Source: a virus
Lineage: Duplodnaviria > Caudoviricetes
IMG/VR virus record: IMGVR_UViG_3300032083_000722
Location: 1 to 30,476 of that record
Direction: 5' to 3' (one strand)
DNA: 30,476 nucleotides
A model generated the notes under the pieces. That model was not told the DNA's origin, searched no databases, and worked only from the letters and a program-made list of their open reading frames with translations. Position 1 is the first letter of the stretch. Each line of letters opens with the position of its first letter. A program made the translations under genes and the position numbers. Positions 23,499-30,476 of the stretch are shown one piece after another.

Positions 23499-24118
23499 TG
23501 TCAGGTGCTTTCCCAATATCAACAGCTAAATTTGGAACTTTAGGAATAAAGTCAATTCAAAATACTATTATATCTAAATCAGTATCAGGTAAAAGATTAG
23601 TAAGACAAATAGATAATCAAAGATTTGCTTTTTCAGTTCAGATTATTACTGCAAAAAGATCAGACGTTTATGGAGATTTAATGGCTTTTATAATGAAACA
23701 AAGAAGTCAAAAAGAAACTTTTACTATTATTCCACCTGAAATCGAAGATGCTAGAGGAAATGAATCAGGAACAGTTCTAGTTAATGGTGTTCATGCAGTT
23801 GGAGATACAACAATAGCTATGGACGGATTTGCTGGAGATGGTGCTGGAAGATTTAAAGCTGGTGATTTTTTAAAGTTTGCAAGTCATAATAAAGTTTACA
23901 TGGTTGTAGCAGATGCAACAAGTTCAAGTAATGCTTCAACAGTTACAATAGAACCACCTTTACTTGTAGCACTAGCAAACGATTCAGTAGTAACTTATGA
24001 TAATGTTCCTTTTACTGTTTCTTTAACTTCTGATATACAAGAATTTGGTGTTAATGGTGCAGATAAAGATGGCAATTTATATTACGAGTATCAATTTGAT
24101 GTCGAAGAAGCTTTGTAA
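23498..24118 (+). CDS. Distal tail protein (Dit-like)
   Basis: Follows tape measure; S.SG.R..R, FKAGDF, TIEPPL, ends EEAL. Confidence 0.7.
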   Translation: MSGAFPISTAKFGTLGIKSIQNTIISKSVSGKRLVRQIDNQRFAFSVQIITAKRSDVYGDLMAFIMKQRSQKETFTIIPPEIEDARGNESGTVLVNGVHAVGDTTIAMDGFAGDGAGRFKAGDFLKFASHNKVYMVVADATSSSNASTVTIEPPLLVALANDSVVTYDNVPFTVSLTSDIQEFGVNGADKDGNLYYEYQFDVEEAL

Positions 24119-24336
24119 TGAAATACTTAATAAAGCATTGGGCAACAGTTGATGTTATAGCTGAAGAATTAGTTGATAAAAAAGATATTAATATTGTTAA
24201 TAATAATTTAGGTAAATATGAAGAACCATCAGATAAAGCAGTTATTAAAGTTTTAAATATTAAAGTAAATAGGAGAACATACGAAGATGACAAGAAGTTT
24301 AACGACAGCACTAAAGAACGAACTAGCAACAAATGA
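24118..24336 (+). CDS. Hypothetical protein inserted in the tail-tip module
   Basis: TAATG coupling; fills the gap between Dit and the next tip gene. Confidence 0.6.
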   Translation: MKYLIKHWATVDVIAEELVDKKDINIVNNNLGKYEEPSDKAVIKVLNIKVNRRTYEDDKKFNDSTKERTSNK

Positions 24337-24853
24337 TATTAGACCATTTCATCTTCTTACACTTGGTTTTGGTACTGCTGTTAATATTACAGATTGTTCG
24401 TTTCCTTTAACTTCATCAATATCAGGTGGTTCAGTTACCTATTTAGCAAGTGATTTTATATTAGGTTTTGGCAGTTTTAACGAACAAGCAGACGTAACTA
24501 AATCAAGTTTAATAATATCTTTATCAGGTGCAGATCAAACATTTATATCAACTTGTTTAAATGAAAATGTAGTTAATGATTCTGTAACTATTTTTAGAGG
24601 TTTATTAGCAGATGACAATTCTATTATTGCAGACCCTTTTCTTTTATATGCCGGAAACATAGAAAGTTTTAGTGTGAATGAATCTGAAAAACAAAGTGTT
24701 GTTAATTTGAACATTGTTAGTCATTGGGCAGACTTTGATAAAAAAAATGGTCGTAAAACAAACAACACATCACAACAAAGATTTTTTAGTTCAGATGTTG
24801 GAATGAATTTTAGTTCTCAAACAGTACAAGATATTAAATGGGGTAGAGAATAA
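24287..24853 (+). CDS. Tail tip / baseplate hub N-module protein
   Basis: AGGAG RBS; SQQRFF..D.G..F......WG C-terminus. Confidence 0.7.
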   Translation: MTRSLTTALKNELATNDIRPFHLLTLGFGTAVNITDCSFPLTSSISGGSVTYLASDFILGFGSFNEQADVTKSSLIISLSGADQTFISTCLNENVVNDSVTIFRGLLADDNSIIADPFLLYAGNIESFSVNESEKQSVVNLNIVSHWADFDKKNGRKTNNTSQQRFFSSDVGMNFSSQTVQDIKWGRE

Positions 24854-27729
24854 TGGGTTTTGGTGGATTTGGTGGATTTGTAAAAGCGGCGGTAAGTTTT
24901 GCAAGTAAAGCATTAAATATTAATCCTGTTGTTGGTTTAGTTGTTACACTTGCAATAGCTTGGGTAATGCGACCTAAAGTTCCTGAACAACCTGATTTTG
25001 GAACTACTGATTTTGATAATTTTGAAAAAGGTATTTTATTAAACAAACAATCTAATGACGCAAATATTCCTGTAATTTATGGAACTAGAATGATTGGTGG
25101 AACTAGAGTCTTTATGGAAACATCAGGAACAGATAACACCTATTTGTATATGGCAATAGTTTTAAGTGAGGGAGAAATAAACGATATAACAGAAATTAGA
25201 ATAGATGACAAAGTAGTAACTTGGTCAGGTGATTTAGCAGATAATACTCAAAGAACAGTTGGAAGTGGAGATAGTAATTTTTATAAAGATTCAGAAAGTT
25301 TAATTACAGTTGAACCTCATTATGGAACTGACGGTCAATCTGCATCTAATTTATTATCAACATTATCATCATGGGGAAGTAATCATAAATTATCTGGTCT
25401 TTCTTATTTAGCTTTAAGGTTTAAATGGAACGCAGACGCATTTACAGGAGTTCCAAAGGTTCAATCAGTAGTACAAGGTAAAAAAGTAGTAGCTTATAAT
25501 TCTAGTTCAGTTGCACAAACTGCGGCACATTCTGATAACCCAGCTTGGTGTTTATTAGATTATTTAACAAACGAAAGATATGGAAAAGGAATAGACATAG
25601 CAAATATTGATATACCAAGTTTTTATACTGCATCAACAATATGTGATACAGATGTTACTCCTTATGGGTCTGCAAGTGCGATTGATGTTATGGATTGCAA
25701 CGCAATTATAGATACATCAAGTCCAGTTATAGATAATGTTAGAGAATTTTTAAAAGGTTGTAGAGGTTATTTGCCTTATGTTGGTGGTAAATATAAATTA
25801 ATTGTAGAAACAACAGGGTCATCATCAATTACAGTTACAGAAGATGATATAATTGGTGGTTATACTTTATCTAGTCCAACAAAAAATTCAAAATATAATA
25901 GAGTTATATGTTCGTTTGTTAATCCTGATAGAAACTATCAAGTAGATGAAGTTCAATTTCCTGAAATAGATGATAGTGGTTATGCAACAGCAGATAAACA
26001 CGCAACTATGAAAGCAGTTGATGGTGGATTTTTATTAGAGGGAAGATTTGACATGAAAACCATTACGAGTCCATATCAAGCTTTAGAGTTAGCAGAAGTT
26101 ATATTAAGAAGATCAAGAGAAGCATTAGGTATAACAATCAATGTTAGCTTTAGTGCTTATGATATAGCCATAGGAGATATTTTAGGAGTAACACATTCTT
26201 CATTAGGATTTAGTAATAAACAATTTAGAGTATTAGGAATTAATTTTAATCCTGATTTCACATTAGGTTTAGATTTAATGGAACATCAAGACTCACATTA
26301 TACTTGGGCTAGTAAAACACAAGTTGCATCAACACCAAGTACAACATTACCAAATCCTTATGTTATTCAACCACCAGCAACTGTTACTTTAGATGATGAA
26401 TTAATTGAATATAATGATGGCACAGTAATCGTTGCATTAAATGTAACAATAGGTGCTTCCCCTGATAGCTTTGTTGATTATTACCAAGTGGAATATAAAC
26501 TAAGTACAGATTCAGATTTTATTATTTATGCACAAGGTTCAGGTTTAAATCATAGAGTCTTAAATGTAATTGATCAAAAAATTTATGATGTAAGAGTAAA
26601 AGCTGTAAATAGTTTTGGAGTTTCATCAACTTATGTAACAGCACAAAGAACTATTGTTGGTGCGATAGAACCACCAGCAGATGTAACTGACTTTTCTTGT
26701 AATATTTTAGGACAAGAAGCGCATTTAGGTTGGACACAAGTACCTGATTTAGATTTAGCTTTTTACCAAATTAGATATTCAACAGAAACAAATGGAACAG
26801 GAGATTGGGCAAACTCTGTATCTTTAGTAGAAAAAGTATCAAGACCAGCAACATCAATTACAGTTCCAGCTAGGGCTGGTACTTATCTTATTAAAGCATT
26901 TGATAAACTAGGGAATGCAAGTTCTAATGCAACTGCAATTATTTCTAATGTTACAAGTATTCAAAATTTTAACTCTATTACATCAGTATCAGAACACCCT
27001 GATTTTGATGGAACATTAACAAATACAGCAATAGTAGATAACACTTTAAGATTAGATTCTTCAGAATTATTTGATTCAGCTAGTGGAAACTTTGATACAG
27101 AAACAACTAGATTTTTTGATTCAGGTGTTGCTAATGCAGACTTCTATGCAAGTGGTAATTATTTATTTGCAGATGTAGTTGATATAGGTGCTAAACATAC
27201 TTGCAGACTTACAGCTACTTTAAAACAAACTTCTGATGACCCTGATGATTTGTTTGATAATAGATCAGGATTATTTGATTCTCAAAATTCAAGTTTTGAT
27301 GGAGATACACCAGCTAATTCTAATGCACATATTGAAATTGCAACAAGTGATGATAATTCTACTTACACAGCTTTTCAAAATTTTGTAATAGGAAACTATA
27401 CTGCTAGATATTTTAAATTTAGAGTTGTTTTAACTTCAACTGATTTAGCTTCAACCCCTGTTGTTGAAGAAGTATCAGTTACAATAGATATGGAAGATAG
27501 AATATTTAGTGATAACAATATAACTTCAGGTGCTGGAACTAAAACTGTATCATTTACAAACCCTTATAAAACTGCTAATTATGCAGTAGGAATTACAGCA
27601 GAAGATATGGCAACAGGAGATTTTTTTATTGTTGAATCTAAAACAATCAATGGTTTTAACGTAACATTCAAAAATTCAAGTGGAACAGCAATATCTAAAA
27701 CATTTGATTTTATTGCAAAAGGGTTTTAA
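24853..27729 (+). CDS. Tail tip attachment / host-specificity protein (gpJ-like) with FN3 domains
   Basis: IPVIYG...GG, NPAWCLLDYL...RYG.G, YDVRVKAVN..G..S and YLIKAFD..GN.S FN3 motifs. Confidence 0.88.
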   Translation: MGFGGFGGFVKAAVSFASKALNINPVVGLVVTLAIAWVMRPKVPEQPDFGTTDFDNFEKGILLNKQSNDANIPVIYGTRMIGGTRVFMETSGTDNTYLYMAIVLSEGEINDITEIRIDDKVVTWSGDLADNTQRTVGSGDSNFYKDSESLITVEPHYGTDGQSASNLLSTLSSWGSNHKLSGLSYLALRFKWNADAFTGVPKVQSVVQGKKVVAYNSSSVAQTAAHSDNPAWCLLDYLTNERYGKGIDIANIDIPSFYTASTICDTDVTPYGSASAIDVMDCNAIIDTSSPVIDNVREFLKGCRGYLPYVGGKYKLIVETTGSSSITVTEDDIIGGYTLSSPTKNSKYNRVICSFVNPDRNYQVDEVQFPEIDDSGYATADKHATMKAVDGGFLLEGRFDMKTITSPYQALELAEVILRRSREALGITINVSFSAYDIAIGDILGVTHSSLGFSNKQFRVLGINFNPDFTLGLDLMEHQDSHYTWASKTQVASTPSTTLPNPYVIQPPATVTLDDELIEYNDGTVIVALNVTIGASPDSFVDYYQVEYKLSTDSDFIIYAQGSGLNHRVLNVIDQKIYDVRVKAVNSFGVSSTYVTAQRTIVGAIEPPADVTDFSCNILGQEAHLGWTQVPDLDLAFYQIRYSTETNGTGDWANSVSLVEKVSRPATSITVPARAGTYLIKAFDKLGNASSNATAIISNVTSIQNFNSITSVSEHPDFDGTLTNTAIVDNTLRLDSSELFDSASGNFDTETTRFFDSGVANADFYASGNYLFADVVDIGAKHTCRLTATLKQTSDDPDDLFDNRSGLFDSQNSSFDGDTPANSNAHIEIATSDDNSTYTAFQNFVIGNYTARYFKFRVVLTSTDLASTPVVEEVSVTIDMEDRIFSDNNITSGAGTKTVSFTNPYKTANYAVGITAEDMATGDFFIVESKTINGFNVTFKNSSGTAISKTFDFIAKGF

Positions 27730-27741
27730 AAGGGATATAAG
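27713..27741 (+). promoter_or_regulatory. Putative promoter for the fibre cassette
   Basis: TTGCAA-N17-TATAAG, 8 nt before ATG 27750. Confidence 0.5.
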
Positions 27742-27749
27742 AAAACATT

Positions 27750-28661
27750 ATGGCTCAACACGATTATAACATAGCAAACGCATCTTTTCCTACAGTTAGA
27801 TCAGACATTAATGATGTTTTGTCTGCTATTAATACATCTAATTCAGGAACATCAAGACCAAGTGGTGCTGTCGCTGGAACAATTTGGTTAGACACATCAG
27901 GCGGTGTAACAGCTCACGTTCTTAAATTTTATGATGGTGGTGCTGATATTCCTTTAGCAACAATTAACACCACAGCAAACACAGTTGATTTTACAGATTC
28001 AACAGTAACATTTGATATAGTCAATGACACCTCTCCTCAATTAGGTGGAAATTTAGATACTAATTCTCAAAATATTGTAATAGATGATGCACACGGAATA
28101 TTAGACGAGAATAATAAAGAACAAATTGTATTTCAAACAACTGCTGATGCAGTTAATCAAATAGATATTACAAATGCCGCAACAAGTAATGCACCTGAAA
28201 TATCGGCAACAGGTGATGATACAAATATAGATTTAAAATTAACACCAAAAGGTTCAGGTAAATTAAATTTAGATGGAATTAAATTTCCTAATGCAGATGG
28301 TTCAGCAGATCAAATTTTAACAACAAATGGTTCAGGAGTTTTATCTTTTGTAGATAATTCAGGCGGTACTTCTTGGCAAGCCGTTAAGACTTCAGGTTTT
28401 ACAGCCGCCGCTGGAGAGGGTTATTTCTGTAACACAACATCATCTGCTTTTACTTTAACACTTCCAGCTGGAACTTTAGGAAATGAAGTTTCAGTTATTG
28501 ATTATGCTGGAACATTTGACACAAACAATTTAACAGTTGCCGCAAATGGTTCAGAAAAAATTCAAGGAAGTGCGGCTGATCTTACTGTGGCAACTGAACG
28601 TGCTGGTTTTACTTTAGTATATACTGATGCTACGCAAGGTTGGTTATTGAGGGACAAATAA
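27750..28661 (+). CDS. Tail fibre protein with C-terminal T4 gp9/gp10-like module
   Basis: MAQHDY.IAN anchor, DTSPQLGGNLD, LTPKGSG, LTTNGSG.LSF fibre motifs; FTLTLP...DYAGTF..NNLTV..NG..I.G...LVY....GW C-domain. Confidence 0.75.
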   Translation: MAQHDYNIANASFPTVRSDINDVLSAINTSNSGTSRPSGAVAGTIWLDTSGGVTAHVLKFYDGGADIPLATINTTANTVDFTDSTVTFDIVNDTSPQLGGNLDTNSQNIVIDDAHGILDENNKEQIVFQTTADAVNQIDITNAATSNAPEISATGDDTNIDLKLTPKGSGKLNLDGIKFPNADGSADQILTTNGSGVLSFVDNSGGTSWQAVKTSGFTAAAGEGYFCNTTSSAFTLTLPAGTLGNEVSVIDYAGTFDTNNLTVAANGSEKIQGSAADLTVATERAGFTLVYTDATQGWLLRDK

Positions 28662-28662
28662 T

Positions 28663-29244
28663 ATGTCCGTATATAACGCAATTAGATATAATAATTCTTA
28701 TGCAAATGCTGGTGGTTTAGTTTTATTATCAACTCAAACTGCTAGTAGCAGTTCATCAATAGATTTTACAAGTGGAATAAATAGCACTTATAAAGAATAT
28801 ATATTTTTATTTAATAATATACACCCATCAGTAAATGATGCTTTGTTTCAATTTAATCTTACAACAGATGGAACTAATTTTAACGTCACAAAAACTACTA
28901 CCTTTTTTTTAGCAAACCATAATGAAGAAGATAATACTACTGGATTAGCTTATTTTGCTACTAGAGATTTAGCACAATCGACAGACGACCAAAGAATAAT
29001 GTGGGAAATGCAAAATGATAATGATGACAATGGTTCTGGAGTTATGCACTTGTTTGAACCCTCATCAACAACTTTTACTAAACATTTTATAGTCAATACA
29101 CAATATAAATCTAACCCTAATTATAGTAATAATTTATTTGTTGCTGGTTACGGAAACACTACGTCTGCAATTACAGGTGTAAGGTTTAAATTAAATTCAG
29201 GCAATATTGATACCGGAGTAATCCAAATGTTTGGGGTAGTTTAA
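28663..29244 (+). CDS. Fibre-tip / receptor-binding paralog 1
   Basis: Shares LLST.TASSS..FTSGI.STY..Y.F...NIHP, TKTT, DLAQ, F.PS.TTF.K.F, AGY, SGNID.G.I..[FY]G with the next two genes. Confidence 0.75.
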   Translation: MSVYNAIRYNNSYANAGGLVLLSTQTASSSSSIDFTSGINSTYKEYIFLFNNIHPSVNDALFQFNLTTDGTNFNVTKTTTFFLANHNEEDNTTGLAYFATRDLAQSTDDQRIMWEMQNDNDDNGSGVMHLFEPSSTTFTKHFIVNTQYKSNPNYSNNLFVAGYGNTTSAITGVRFKLNSGNIDTGVIQMFGVV

Positions 29245-29837
29245 TGGGTACATATACAGACATAAGATACAATTATAATTTACCTAGTGGTTTTGGTGGT
29301 GGTTTAAATTTATTAGCCACAAACACAATAACATCAGGTGTTTCTTCTTCATCATTTACAAGTGGGATTGATAGTACATATAGAACTTATATTTTTAAAT
29401 GGATAAATATTCATCCAGCTACAAATAATGTGGAATGGCAATTAAATTTTAGAGATGGTTCTTCTGCTTTTGATGCAACAAAAACAACAACTAGTTTTCT
29501 TGCCAATCATACCGAAGCTGATGGTGGTGCAAGTATATCGTATAGTGATGGATTAGATTTAGCACAAGCCACAGGTTATTTAAGTTTAAATGAAAATACT
29601 TATGGAACTGATGCTGATGCTTCTTTATGTGGTGAAATGTTTTTGTTTGCACCATCTAATACAACTTTTGTTAAAAATTTTATAATTAGAAATACACATA
29701 TGGCAACAAATCCTGGAAGCAGACAAGATTATAGTGCTGGCTATTGCAACGTAACTGCCGCTATTGACGGAGTTGACTTCAAATTTTCTAGCGGAAATAT
29801 TGATTCAGGAATTATCAAAATGTATGGGATAGCCTAA
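29244..29837 (+). CDS. Fibre-tip / receptor-binding paralog 2
   Basis: Same motif set; TAATG coupling. Confidence 0.75.
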   Translation: MGTYTDIRYNYNLPSGFGGGLNLLATNTITSGVSSSSFTSGIDSTYRTYIFKWINIHPATNNVEWQLNFRDGSSAFDATKTTTSFLANHTEADGGASISYSDGLDLAQATGYLSLNENTYGTDADASLCGEMFLFAPSNTTFVKNFIIRNTHMATNPGSRQDYSAGYCNVTAAIDGVDFKFSSGNIDSGIIKMYGIA

Positions 29838-30433
29838 TGACAACATATTCTAATTTAAAATACGATCACTCATTTTCATCTAACGCAACAGGTACAGGTG
29901 CTTTAACTTTAATATCTACACAGACAGCTAGTTCTAGTGCAACATTAGATTTTACAAGTGGAATAGACAGTACGTATAAAGAGTATATTTTTAAGTTTTA
30001 TAATATTCATCCATCAGCAGACAGTAATCAATTTCTTATTAATTTTAGTGCTGATAGTGGTAGTAATTTTAACATACCTAAAACTACAACAGTATTTAGA
30101 GCATATCACAATGAAGCTGGTAATGATACTGCTTTTGGCTATGTAACAAGTAATGATTTAGCACAAGATAATTCAGATCAAAAACTAGGAACTTCTTTAG
30201 GTGCTGATAACGATCAAGGAGTTAGTGGTTATATACATTTATTTAATCCATCTTCTACAACTTTTGTAAAACATTTTATAGCCAATTTAAATGTAATTAG
30301 TTCAGATGATGAAAGTATGGTTTTTTATGTTGCTGGATATTGTAATTCTACTTCAGCAATTAATACAGCAAGATTTAAGATGACTTCAGGCAATATAGAT
30401 GCTGGAACAATCTCACTTTACGGAGTGGTTTAA
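29837..30433 (+). CDS. Fibre-tip / receptor-binding paralog 3
   Basis: Same motif set; TAATG coupling. Confidence 0.75.
   Translation: MTTYSNLKYDHSFSSNATGTGALTLISTQTASSSATLDFTSGIDSTYKEYIFKFYNIHPSADSNQFLINFSADSGSNFNIPKTTTVFRAYHNEAGNDTAFGYVTSNDLAQDNSDQKLGTSLGADNDQGVSGYIHLFNPSSTTFVKHFIANLNVISSDDESMVFYVAGYCNSTSAINTARFKMTSGNIDAGTISLYGVV
30310..30400 (+). repeat. Terminal direct repeat copy 2 (identical to 1-91)
   Basis: 91-nt exact match to the window start. Confidence 0.97.
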
Positions 30434-30466
30434 TTAGTATACAACAACAACAAATAGGAGAAAAAT

Positions 30467-30476
30467 ATGGCAAGAT
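30467..30476 (+). CDS. Truncated start of a gene, probably an alternative allele of the fibre chaperone
   Basis: AGGAG RBS then ATG GCA AGA T (MAR...), paralleling AAGGAG...ATG CCT AGA TAT (MPRY) at 187. Confidence 0.45.

Noticed and set aside
611-25046. Other antisense ORFs in the track (611, 2738, 8357, 9215, 12848, 14079, 14447, 16370, 17422, 18172, 20177, 22622, 24051, 24834)
   Set aside because: All lie opposite strong genes and show the F/L/I/S bias expected from the reverse of A-rich codons.
30310-30433. Diversity-generating retroelement TR/VR pair (terminal repeat in a fibre gene 3' end)
   Set aside because: No reverse transcriptase. The copies are identical for 91 nt and then differ at all base types, not at adenines only.
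28663-30476. Invertible (shufflon or Gin-type) fibre switch
   Set aside because: All paralogs are on one strand with their own starts; no invertase or flanking inverted sites seen.
1-30476. Stop-codon reassignment
   Set aside because: Core genes are full length in the standard code, and TAA, TAG and TGA all end genes.

Overview
The window is an essentially complete, circularly permuted genome (about 30.3 kb) of an AT-rich tailed dsDNA phage with siphovirus-type tail genes. An alphaproteobacterial, probably marine (SAR11/uvMED-like) host is inferred from protein style and promoter style, not shown. Layout: tail-fibre chaperone, M15 endolysin, five tiny extremely basic ORFs, metallophosphoesterase, DUF3310 and a holin (187-3613). 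A leftward early operon follows (lipoprotein, XRE HTH, PD-(D/E)XK exonuclease, SSB; 3603-7042), then a divergent control region with a structured leader (7043-7444). The rightward operon encodes wHTH, a Ref-like nuclease, a replication initiator, a ParB-methyltransferase and TerS. An island of 12 small genes between TerS and TerL includes a minimal SET-domain methyltransferase. Then come TerL, portal, head, tail (with a -1 frameshift chaperone), tape measure, tail tip, a fibre and three tandem paralogous fibre-tip genes. I recognised no integrase, DNA polymerase, helicase, tRNA or CRISPR array. Best leads: (1) SET methyltransferase plus Lys-rich microproteins, (2) the three-paralog fibre-tip cassette whose last gene has two alternative 3' ends at the contig termini, (3) a ~205-nt multi-stem leader RNA, (4) the TerS-TerL island of membrane and Cys-rich microproteins. 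Family names are from motif recognition by eye; no database search was run.
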